The position numbers and the translations under genes are program-made. This document shows, one piece after another, positions 1 to 7,871 of a stretch of 32,000 nucleotides of DNA (position 1 is the first letter of the stretch; each line of letters starts with the position of its first letter). Source of the DNA: Nonlabens ponticola (GTDB lineage: Bacteria; Bacteroidota; Bacteroidia; Flavobacteriales; Flavobacteriaceae). The stretch lies in contig NZ_CP034549.1 of the NCBI RefSeq assembly GCF_003966335.1, positions 1,530,001-1,562,000 of the forward strand, written 5' to 3'. Under the pieces are notes generated by a model that was given only the letters and a program-made list of their open reading frames with translations, did not search any database and was not told the DNA's origin.

Positions 1-245
1 TGGATGTCGTGATAAAGTCAGAGCAAGAACAGGTACCGCAACAGCAAGATGCACAATTGCAGCGCATGGCGGCTCAATTGGCAGGACAAATGGCGATTAA
101 GACAGGTGAGCAATTACGAGTAGAGCAAATGCAGCAAGTCATTGACGAGCTTTTTGCTTGCGAGGAACCAGCGCTATCACCAGCTGGTAAAAAAGTATTT
201 ATTACGATTACGGGCGATACGCTCAGTTCAAAATTTGACCATTAA
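1..245 (+). CDS. mutL: DNA mismatch repair protein MutL, C-terminal fragment (5' end lies outside the window)
   Basis: The frame is open from the window edge to TAA at 243-245, with no stop upstream of the GTG at 9. The tail ...ELFACEEPALSPAGKKVFITI... resembles bacteroidete MutL C-termini. mutL followed by two rhomboid genes is a synteny I recall from Flavobacteriaceae. This rests on memory only. Confidence 0.5.
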   Translation, partial: DVVIKSEQEQVPQQQDAQLQRMAAQLAGQMAIKTGEQLRVEQMQQVIDELFACEEPALSPAGKKVFITITGDTLSSKFDH

Positions 246-940
246 TGTTTAGTAATATCACACCTGTAGTACGCAATTTGATCATCTTGAATGTCGTGAT
301 GTACATAGGTACCGTTTTTCTCGCGCCACAGCTGTATTATGATTTCAGTTTATGGTTTTTTAAACATCCTGAATTCGATTTCTGGCAAATCTTCTCGCAT
401 ATGTTTATGCATGATTCGCGCAGTTTCATGCATATCCTTTTTAATATGTATGGTTTGCTATTATTCGGGCCACTGTTGGAACGATGGATGGGATCCAACC
501 GATTTATATTTTTTTATCTCGCTTCAGGAATTGGTGCTTATTTATTAACGACAGGAATAGATTATTTTCAATACGTTCAGACCGTTGCCGAATTAGAATC
601 TAAAGGCTACAGCGCTAATGAAATACCTAATATCCTTTTCACCAAAACCTCACTGGCAGTTCCTATGGTAGGAGCAAGTGGTTGTCTCTTTGGTGTATTG
701 GCAGGGTTTGCTTATTTGTATCCCAATCTAAAGTTGCAATTGCTGTTTATACCAGTACCAATTGCTGCAAAATGGTTGATAGGCGCTTACGTCGCTTATG
801 AAACACTTGCCACCATTGGAATCATTAATTTACAAGACAATATTGGTCATGCAGCACACCTAGGTGGTGCGATATTTGGCTTTATTATGGTATGGTATTG
901 GAAACGTAACGACTACGATCAATATAGAATAGACAACTGA
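245..940 (+). CDS. Rhomboid family intramembrane serine protease
   Basis: Multi-TM protein with GASGCLFG (GxSG catalytic Ser) and HAAHLGG (catalytic His). Its ATG overlaps the mutL stop (TAATG). Confidence 0.85.
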   Translation: MFSNITPVVRNLIILNVVMYIGTVFLAPQLYYDFSLWFFKHPEFDFWQIFSHMFMHDSRSFMHILFNMYGLLLFGPLLERWMGSNRFIFFYLASGIGAYLLTTGIDYFQYVQTVAELESKGYSANEIPNILFTKTSLAVPMVGASGCLFGVLAGFAYLYPNLKLQLLFIPVPIAAKWLIGAYVAYETLATIGIINLQDNIGHAAHLGGAIFGFIMVWYWKRNDYDQYRIDN

Positions 941-1803
941 TGGATTTTATAGATTCTGTAAAACTTAAATATAAACAGCTTGACGTACTAGGTCAGCTCA
1001 TTGCCACGGTGGTAGTAGTGAATCTGGTTATATATCTGGCTTCTTTATTGTATCAACCCATCTGGAGTTGGTTTGCGTTGCCCGCTGGCTTCATTGAACC
1101 ATTATTGCAACCATGGGCTTTTATCACCTATGGGTTCTTGCATGGTGGCATTTTTCATCTATTGATAAACATGTACATCTTGTACATTATGGGTCAGTTT
1201 TTACTCAATTTATTTACTGGTAAACAATTACTATCGCTGTTTTGGGCAGGCGTTCTTGCCGGTGGTCTTGCATTTACGGCTGTCAGCGCCATTTTCACCG
1301 AATTTTTATTCAATACCCAATTAGTGGGTGCCAGCGCTGGTGTTTTTGCAGTGGTGTTTTTTGTATGCACCTATATGCCTGATCATGAGATACGCCTATT
1401 TTTTGTACTCAACGTTAAGCTCAAGTATTTGGCATTAGTGTTTTTAGGTTTTGACCTTATCGCCATTTTCACTGGCGTCAATGCTGGTGGTAGTATCGCT
1501 CATTTAGGTGGCGCCGCTTTGGGATATTATGCTGCAACGCGCATGAAAGATGGTATTGATGTATTGACAGGAGTTTCTGCTGCTGGTGATTGGTTAGGTA
1601 ATTTATTCAAGTCATCTGGTAAGCCTGCCAAAAAATCCAAAATGAAAACCGTTTACAAAAGTGCCAACAAGAAAAAAGCCGCCGGAAATCCAAAAGATCA
1701 ACAAGCGCGCATTGACGCTATACTTGACAAGATCAGTGCTTCTGGTTATGACAGCTTGAGCCGTGCCGAGAAGGATTTTCTCTTCAAGGCTGGAAAGGAG
1801 TAA
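940..1803 (+). CDS. Rhomboid family protein with a Lys-rich C-terminal tail
   Basis: Carries GASAGVFA and IAHLGGA motifs in TM helices, followed by a basic, soluble tail of about 90 aa. Its ATG overlaps the upstream stop (TGATG). Confidence 0.8.
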   Translation: MDFIDSVKLKYKQLDVLGQLIATVVVVNLVIYLASLLYQPIWSWFALPAGFIEPLLQPWAFITYGFLHGGIFHLLINMYILYIMGQFLLNLFTGKQLLSLFWAGVLAGGLAFTAVSAIFTEFLFNTQLVGASAGVFAVVFFVCTYMPDHEIRLFFVLNVKLKYLALVFLGFDLIAIFTGVNAGGSIAHLGGAALGYYAATRMKDGIDVLTGVSAAGDWLGNLFKSSGKPAKKSKMKTVYKSANKKKAAGNPKDQQARIDAILDKISASGYDSLSRAEKDFLFKAGKE

Positions 1804-1821
1804 AGTTGTTTTTTTGTTTAC

Positions 1822-1835
1822 GCTTTCGCGAAAGC
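1822..1835. repeat. Copy 1 of the dispersed palindrome GCTTTCGCGAAAGC (context tTACGCTTTCGCGAAAGCGTGa)
   Basis: Perfect 14-bp palindrome read directly from the sequence. It lies between convergent 3' ends (rhomboid on +, lipoprotein on -). Confidence 0.95.
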
Positions 1836-1897
1836 GTGATAACAAGAACTTCAACATTTTAGTAATGTCATTAATTCTTGTGCCTTCTTTATTACTG

Positions 1898-2488
1898 CTA
1901 ATTTACACGTGGGTCTATACCACCCATCTTAGAATGGCTATAATTATATCCAAAAACGCTTTTAAGTTCACTACCGTCTTCCTTATACGGCTTGTAAAAT
2001 TTCAAATGATCAATTGTTTCTTCAAAACTTTGGTCAGTCCACTCAAAGTCAATTTTGTAATATTGTTTGATGTCGATAATTTGATTATCAGAATTTAATT
2101 GATAAACGTGGCGATAGGGTACTTCTGAAGTTTGAAAGTCGTTCGCAATTTCATTTTCTGCGCTAAAAAATGTCTCGATTATTTTTTGATCAGTATAGTC
2201 ATATCTTATTATAGGACCGCCGTAGAATCCAGATCCTGCCCAGTCTAATTCGTGTTTATAGTTGTAAAATCTTAATTCTGTAACTCTTCCTTTCTCATCG
2301 ATCGTTTCTTGTACGTAGGAGATAGAATCAATGCTGTCCACATTCCATTTTTCTAAAATAATATTTGATGCCGTAAAGCTAATTTCATGATACTTCTTAC
2401 TCTCGTTTTTTTCGCTTTCGCACGAAATGGTCGATAGAATAACAAAGAGCCACATTATTACAGTAGAAGTTCTAAATTTCTTTTTCAA
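1898..2488 (-). CDS. Hypothetical lipoprotein
   Basis: Long ORF. A TTG at 2488 gives MKKKFRTSTVIMWLFVILSTISC, a classic lipobox signal, and sits 13 nt after the upstream gene's stop. An alternative ATG is at 2455. The annotated ATG at 2575 would overlap the upstream gene and lacks a signal peptide. Confidence 0.6.
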   Translation of the reverse strand: MKKKFRTSTVIMWLFVILSTISCESEKNESKKYHEISFTASNIILEKWNVDSIDSISYVQETIDEKGRVTELRFYNYKHELDWAGSGFYGGPIIRYDYTDQKIIETFFSAENEIANDFQTSEVPYRHVYQLNSDNQIIDIKQYYKIDFEWTDQSFEETIDHLKFYKPYKEDGSELKSVFGYNYSHSKMGGIDPRVN

Positions 2489-2501
2489 ATCTTTCTTTCC
2501 T

Positions 2502-3143
2502 TTAAAACCTAGTCTGCATTCCTTGTGCACCACCAGCCTTGCCATACGGGCTAGGTAGCTGCCATTTGAAGACAACCGCTAGCACGCGCATGGCAATAAC
2601 GGCAATGGCAGATATAGGAAACACAAATTGCTCTAGCATACCTACTTTCAATAATAAAAAGTAAACGCCACCACCAAAAATACAGGCCGTAGCATACACA
2701 TTTTTACGGAAGATTACTGGAATCTCATTAACGAGAATATCACGTATCACACCACCAAAACAGGCCGTGATACAACCCAATGTAATACAGATAAATGGAT
2801 GGAGTCCTGTTTGGATTCCCATTTCGACACCAACGATGGTATAAAGACCTATACCTATGGCGTCAAATAGGAATAAGGTTTTACGCAGCTTGAGTAACCA
2901 GGTTCTAAAGATAAAAGTGATTACCACACATATCAATATGGTGTACACTAGGTTCATATTTGTCATCCAGGAAACAGGTTTGACACCTATCAATATGTCG
3001 CGCAACGTACCACCACCAGCTGATGTGACAAATGCAATAATCACGATACCAAAGGCATCCAGTCGTTTTGAAAATGCAGCAAGTGCGCCCGAGACTGCAA
3101 AGGCGATCGTGCCCAGCAAGTCCATAATTTCTATGATATTCAT
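2502..3143 (-). CDS. Trimeric intracellular cation channel (TRIC / UPF0126, YadS-YicG type) family membrane protein
   Basis: Two internal repeats each carry the glycine-rich motif (SAGGGTLRD and CFGGVIRD). About 7 TM helices. Typical length of 213 aa. Confidence 0.8.
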   Translation of the reverse strand: MNIIEIMDLLGTIAFAVSGALAAFSKRLDAFGIVIIAFVTSAGGGTLRDILIGVKPVSWMTNMNLVYTILICVVITFIFRTWLLKLRKTLFLFDAIGIGLYTIVGVEMGIQTGLHPFICITLGCITACFGGVIRDILVNEIPVIFRKNVYATACIFGGGVYFLLLKVGMLEQFVFPISAIAVIAMRVLAVVFKWQLPSPYGKAGGAQGMQTRF

Positions 3144-3866
3144 TTAATTTCCTTGTGTGAGATAAGTGTAATCCTTGAGCAGCGTACGTACAAATTCACC
3201 ATCGCGCAGCTCTGATTTGATGCCCAATAATTCTTCCAGGCGCAAGCGTAGCAATTTGAGCGCTGCATAATCACGGCTTTGCCCGGCAAGACGATAGATT
3301 TCCTTTGCCTCGTTTATTGTGGGATCTGTCAATTGATGTGCGGTAATGAAAGTAGGCTTATAGTCCTCGCGTACTTGTTCAAGTATAGTGTGAGAGATTT
3401 TGGTCTTCTTGCGTGTGTCAATGACGATCGTATTTGATGCGATGCCGCCCAATCGTTGGTTTTTATCGGTAAAAATAATTGAGATGATTGCAACTCCAGG
3501 TCCAGTAAGCCATAAATCAACTAGCCGCATGATCCAGGTGATAAAATAATCGCTCCACGTGGCAGGTGAGCCGTCAACCTTTACCGTGCGCAACTGTAAA
3601 ACAAATTTTCCAACCGTTTTACCGTTAAAAATGATGTTGAAGATGAGTGAGTAAAAGGCAATGGGTAAAAACAATAGTTGATACAATCCAATAGAGGTGA
3701 ATCGGTCTAGAGCATTTTCAAGGTTAGAAAACACATATGCTAGGGCAGATACGTAAACTCCCAAGACGACGAGATCGATCAAAAACGCCAGTATACGATA
3801 GCCCAGACTGGCAACTGTGTAGTTGATGTTTACATTTTGGGCAGTATTTACGGCAGTGTTTGACAT
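3144..3866 (-). CDS. RDD family membrane protein
   Basis: N-terminal YRILAFLIDLVV... RDD-type TM domain plus a soluble tail of about 90 aa. Its stop abuts the TRIC gene start with a 0-nt gap. Confidence 0.75.
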   Translation of the reverse strand: MSNTAVNTAQNVNINYTVASLGYRILAFLIDLVVLGVYVSALAYVFSNLENALDRFTSIGLYQLLFLPIAFYSLIFNIIFNGKTVGKFVLQLRTVKVDGSPATWSDYFITWIMRLVDLWLTGPGVAIISIIFTDKNQRLGGIASNTIVIDTRKKTKISHTILEQVREDYKPTFITAHQLTDPTINEAKEIYRLAGQSRDYAALKLLRLRLEELLGIKSELRDGEFVRTLLKDYTYLTQGN

Positions 3867-3891
3867 GCTGTATTTAGTTTTTATCTTTAGC

Positions 3892-3899
3892 CAAAACTA
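3892..3899 (-). promoter_or_regulatory. Candidate Bacteroidota -7 promoter box (TAGTTTTG) for the RDD operon
   Basis: The reverse complement of caaaacta matches TAnnTTTG. It lies 26 nt upstream of the RDD ATG and only 6 nt from the divergent ATG at 3905. Confidence 0.35.
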
Positions 3900-3904
3900 C
3901 AAGA

Positions 3905-4882
3905 ATGCGTGAGGCTGCTTTTGTGAAGCAAAATAAAGAAAAATGGATCGCATTTGAGCGCGCGCTGGATGCTAATTCTAACATTGCCGCAGATCGCCTT
4001 GCAGATCTTTACATACAGTTAACCAACGACCTCTCGTTTGCACAGACTTACTATCAAGAAAGTAAGACACTGCTGTATCTCAACTCGCTGGCATCACAGG
4101 CGCACCAGAAGATTTATAAGAATAAGAAAGAAAGTGGTAATAAGATATGGGACTTTTTCTCCTATGAATTCCCATTGTTTTTCGCAGACCATTTAAAGAC
4201 CTTAGGATTTGCCTTTTTGATATTTATGGTGGCAGTAGCCATAGGAACGATCAGTACATTAAATGACGATTCTTTCTCGCGATTGATCTTGGGTGATAGT
4301 TACGTCAACATGACGCTTGAAAATATACGTGATGGTAATCCTACAGGCGTTTATCAGCAGGATGGTGCGTTTGGGATGTTTATCGCGATCACGGTCAATA
4401 ATATCAAAGTAGGCATGTTCTGTTTTGCATTGGGTATCCTTACTTCTATAGGGACCAGTTACATTTTGTTTTCAAATGGAATTATGGTTGGAACATTTTT
4501 CAGTCTTTTTGCGCTTGAGAATGTAAGTCTAGAATCATGGAGTGTGATCATGTTGCACGGTACCATTGAGCTATCAGTTATTGTAGTATGTGGTGCCGCA
4601 GGAATGATCATGGGTAACTCGCTACTGTTTCCTAAAACGTATAGCAGGATTACTTCATTTACTCGTGGTGCAAAAAATGGGCTCAAGGTCATGATGAGTA
4701 CGGTACCTTTATTTATCATTGCAGGCTTTATCGAGGGCTTTGTAACCAGATATGCGTTCATGCCATCGATTATCAAGTACGCTATTCTCCTTGTGAGCGC
4801 GGCAATCATTTTAGGGTATTATGTACTCTACCCTTTATATCTCAAGAAAAAACATGCAACCATACATAGAACCACGGCTTAG
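3905..4882 (+). CDS. Stage II sporulation protein M-like (DUF95) membrane protein
   Basis: Soluble N-terminal domain of about 90 aa followed by 5-6 TM helices. The layout and length match proteins annotated as SpoIIM-like in Bacteroidota and Actinobacteria. It is the first gene of the plus-strand operon. Confidence 0.65.
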   Translation: MREAAFVKQNKEKWIAFERALDANSNIAADRLADLYIQLTNDLSFAQTYYQESKTLLYLNSLASQAHQKIYKNKKESGNKIWDFFSYEFPLFFADHLKTLGFAFLIFMVAVAIGTISTLNDDSFSRLILGDSYVNMTLENIRDGNPTGVYQQDGAFGMFIAITVNNIKVGMFCFALGILTSIGTSYILFSNGIMVGTFFSLFALENVSLESWSVIMLHGTIELSVIVVCGAAGMIMGNSLLFPKTYSRITSFTRGAKNGLKVMMSTVPLFIIAGFIEGFVTRYAFMPSIIKYAILLVSAAIILGYYVLYPLYLKKKHATIHRTTA

Positions 4883-5771
4883 AAGAGACTTTGGTGGCGT
4901 CATCTCGGCCTTTTTTGAATTTTTAAGAGGAAACCTACGCGGTCTCATCAGTGTGTTTATAGGTTATAATGGGATATTTTTCATCCTGTTTCTCATCAGC
5001 GTTTATTTCTTAATAACGGGAATAGTTGATGTAACGATGATCTCGATTACCGGCGGCGACGAGGATACGGCCTTTATTTTAATTGCAGTTTCTCTCATCG
5101 CTTTGTTTGGTTTTATCATTTTGGCCTCCATGTTTAATTATGCGCTATCCAGTGCATATGTGTCATTATATGAGCAAGAAAAGGTCAACAATCTAGATCG
5201 TAAGAAAGTGTGGAGACTTGCCAAAGGTCATCTGTTCGGTATGTTCTTGTTCATGTTGTGTCTGGTGGTCATTTATTTTATCAACGCGATATTACAAGTC
5301 GTATTAGGCTTTATTCCTGTTTTAGGATTATTAGCATCGTTGGTAGTAAGTTTTGGTCTCAATAGCTGGATTAGTATGAGTATTTTTAGCTACGTGCATA
5401 ATGAGAATCACAACGTTTTTGATGCTTTTGGCGAGGTATGGACGCTTTTATTTTCAGGATTTTGGAAAGCAATTGGCGCCAATTTTATCGTTGGAATTTT
5501 ACTGCAACTAGGTTTTGCAGCTATGAGCATCGTACCTACTATTTTGTTGGGTACCACCGCATATTTAGTCATTGACTCACCACAGGAATTTGGTGATAAC
5601 TTGTTTTTACAGATCTTAATCATACTTGTGGTAACTGCATTTTGTGTCATCGTTATGTTTATACAGATGCTGTCACAGATCATGAATGCTTTTCTATATT
5701 TCAACCTGCACGAGACAAAGAATAACATCTATTTACGCTCGCGTATTGAAAAATTGGGAACTACCGCATGA
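4854..5771 (+). CDS. Multi-pass membrane protein of unknown function
   Basis: ORF with about 6 hydrophobic helices. The ATG at 4854 (MQPYIEPRLRRDFGG...) is preferred over 4821. It overlaps the upstream gene by 29 nt and the downstream gene by ATGA. Confidence 0.55.
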   Translation: MQPYIEPRLRRDFGGVISAFFEFLRGNLRGLISVFIGYNGIFFILFLISVYFLITGIVDVTMISITGGDEDTAFILIAVSLIALFGFIILASMFNYALSSAYVSLYEQEKVNNLDRKKVWRLAKGHLFGMFLFMLCLVVIYFINAILQVVLGFIPVLGLLASLVVSFGLNSWISMSIFSYVHNENHNVFDAFGEVWTLLFSGFWKAIGANFIVGILLQLGFAAMSIVPTILLGTTAYLVIDSPQEFGDNLFLQILIILVVTAFCVIVMFIQMLSQIMNAFLYFNLHETKNNIYLRSRIEKLGTTA

Positions 5772-6526
5772 AATATATAATGTTCATGTTGATTGTTTTG
5801 GGTTCCGCTTTCGCGAAAGCGCAATCACTACAAGATCTAGTGCCACAAATAGAGCAACGTCCTCGACAAATCACTGACACGCTGGATCGTGACTACGACC
5901 AAAGAGCCGTTGAGGCACGAGCATTACCAGCCGATCTTGCAGATAATTATACGGGTGCCGATTTTGACTACACAGACACCACAAACGACGTCAACAATGT
6001 GTTTGAAGAGTTTTTTGAATGGTTGTTCCAGGGTATTGCATCCATTTTTGGTGTAGAGCTCAGTCCGTTTTGGCTTAAGTTTTTACAATACACGGTATAT
6101 GTATTATTTGCTGCACTGGCTATTTATTTATTGGTTAGATTACTAGGTAAGGAACAGGCGTCTGGGCTTACCATCAAAGCAGGTAAGAAAAAAGCCAGCA
6201 TACGAGCTGGAGAGACGCACATTGAAGAAATCGATTTAAACAAATTGATCGCCGATGCGGTAAATGGTAACGATTATCGCAGCGCCATACGTTATCAATA
6301 TCTCAACGTCCTCAAAAAATTAAGTGCCGCTGGCGTGATTGTTTGGGATTATCAAAAGACCAATGCCGACTATTATCGAGAGATTAAAAAACAAGAAGTA
6401 AAGGATCAATTCAAACGCATTTCATATCTATACGATCATGTATGGTATGGTGAATTTGCAGTGGATAGAAAAGTGTATGATCAGGCGTTGGTGCAGTTTA
6501 ATGACATTAAGAAAACAGCTGCTTGA
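5768..6526 (+). CDS. DUF4129 domain-containing protein (signal peptide, one TM, cytoplasmic DUF4129)
   Basis: Signal peptide MKYIMFMLIVLGSAFAKAQS. TM helix FLQYTVYVLFAALAIYLLV. C-terminal ...YRSAIRYQYLNVLKKL...KTNADYYREI...YLYDHVWYGEF is the DUF4129 pattern as I recall it. Confidence 0.65.
   Translation: MKYIMFMLIVLGSAFAKAQSLQDLVPQIEQRPRQITDTLDRDYDQRAVEARALPADLADNYTGADFDYTDTTNDVNNVFEEFFEWLFQGIASIFGVELSPFWLKFLQYTVYVLFAALAIYLLVRLLGKEQASGLTIKAGKKKASIRAGETHIEEIDLNKLIADAVNGNDYRSAIRYQYLNVLKKLSAAGVIVWDYQKTNADYYREIKKQEVKDQFKRISYLYDHVWYGEFAVDRKVYDQALVQFNDIKKTAA
5807..5820. repeat. Copy 2 of the GCTTTCGCGAAAGC palindrome, in frame (A-F-A-K-A) in the signal peptide of the DUF4129 gene
   Basis: Read directly: tcc gct ttc gcg aaa gcg caa = S A F A K A Q. 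Confidence 0.95.
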
Positions 6527-7866
6527 TGGATAAACGTACCAAATTCATTCTATACGCTATGCTAGTTGTCCTGATAGGTCTGGTAGTGTTAGAAAGCACA
6601 CGTCCCAAGCCTGTAAATTGGAGGCCCAGTTACACCAGCGGTGATAAAATCCCATTAGGCGGTTATGTTTTTTATGATAATCTAGATGAGATGTTTCCCG
6701 ATGCTCAGGTAAAAGCCATCGATCAGGTTCCTATTGATTTCTTGCGAGAGAATATTGATCTGACTGATGCTAACTATATTTTCTTGAATGACTATCTCGT
6801 TTTTGATGAGGTAGAGACTGATTATTTGATGGAATTTGCAGCTCGTGGTAATAAGGTTTTTATCTCTGCAGGATCCGCTTTTGGTGCTATGGCAGATACC
6901 TTGAAGCTAGAAACTAATTCTGGATCTTTTTACAGTTATGGAGCAGAAGATACGTTGCGCACAAGACTAGTCAATGAGAAATTCAAGGATCGTAGCTATG
7001 TGTATTCACGTGAAGGCTCATACCGATATTTTGAGAGTTATGATACGCTCAATTCTAAGGTATTAGGTGAGGTACTAGCTTTCAACCCTCAATCAACCTA
7101 TCTGGAAGAATTGATCATGGGCGATAGCGACGATGAAGAAGAACTAGATAGAGAAGACTGGACAGACGAGGAAAAGGAAGAACAGGAAGAAGCAGAACAG
7201 TCTTTTGAGGAAATGCAACTGGCAGAGCTTAAAACTCGCAAAACACCACAGGTAAACTTTGTAGAGACTAGAGTAGGTGATGGTGCTATCTATTATCACT
7301 TGAATCCTATTGCATTTTCTAACTATTATATGCTCAATGGTAAGGAAAACTATGTGGCCGAGGCTATGTCTTACCTTAACGATGGCGATGTGTATTTTGA
7401 TGATTATGGTAAGTCCGGTCGCAAGGTGATACAATCGCCTGTGCGATTTATACTATCAGATAGTGCATTGAGTGCCGCTTATTACCTGGCGATCGTCGCG
7501 ATTTTATTATATATAATTTTTGTAAGCAAGCGAGAGCAACGTATTGTGCCTGTGGTAAAACCGTTAGAGAATGCAACAGTTGATTTCACTAAAACCATAG
7601 GCGATCTTTATTTTGAAAGTGGTGATTATGACGCGATCGTCGATAAGAAAATATTGTTTTTTCTAGAGAATATACGATCGCGATATTATCTGAATACTCA
7701 AGAATTGAACGACGTGTTTATGAATAGACTAGCGGTCAAATCAGGAAAGTCAGTCAAGCAAACGGCAGACATTATTAACTATATCAAATTACTTAAATCT
7801 AAAAGTATCAATTATGAGCATGAGTTGACACAACTCACCAGACGTATTGAAGCTTTTAATTCATAA
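6526..7866 (+). CDS. DUF4350-like membrane-anchored protein
   Basis: N-terminal TM, a large extracytoplasmic domain with an acidic insert, a second TM (AAYYLAIVAILLYIIFV) and a cytoplasmic tail. The ATG at 6526 overlaps the upstream TGA, and a TTG lies at 6523. The family call is from memory of this conserved neighbourhood. Confidence 0.5.
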   Translation: MDKRTKFILYAMLVVLIGLVVLESTRPKPVNWRPSYTSGDKIPLGGYVFYDNLDEMFPDAQVKAIDQVPIDFLRENIDLTDANYIFLNDYLVFDEVETDYLMEFAARGNKVFISAGSAFGAMADTLKLETNSGSFYSYGAEDTLRTRLVNEKFKDRSYVYSREGSYRYFESYDTLNSKVLGEVLAFNPQSTYLEELIMGDSDDEEELDREDWTDEEKEEQEEAEQSFEEMQLAELKTRKTPQVNFVETRVGDGAIYYHLNPIAFSNYYMLNGKENYVAEAMSYLNDGDVYFDDYGKSGRKVIQSPVRFILSDSALSAAYYLAIVAILLYIIFVSKREQRIVPVVKPLENATVDFTKTIGDLYFESGDYDAIVDKKILFFLENIRSRYYLNTQELNDVFMNRLAVKSGKSVKQTADIINYIKLLKSKSINYEHELTQLTRRIEAFNS

Positions 7867-7871
7867 AAATC

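Noticed and set aside
1821-1836. The palindromic repeats interpreted as simple rho-independent terminators.
   Set aside because: No T-run follows the hairpin on either strand (the 3' flanks are A/C-rich). Several copies sit in promoters or inside CDSs, and separate canonical terminators exist nearby (for example 12007-12038).
1763-2098. ORFs that read through palindrome copies (1763-2098 on +, 18775-19035 on -), giving peptides such as ...FTLSRKR... and ...ITLSRLPAGRQE....
   Set aside because: They exist only because the repeat has no stop codons. They overlap better-supported genes or intergenic hairpins and have no credible start context.
2455-2575. Longer N-terminal extensions given by the ORF track (starts at 2575, 11386, 11425, 13393, 16696, 4821 and 26715).
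   Set aside because: Internal starts give canonical lipoprotein or signal peptides or conserved N-termini, and they remove overlaps with neighbouring genes. Several of the track starts are non-ATG codons.
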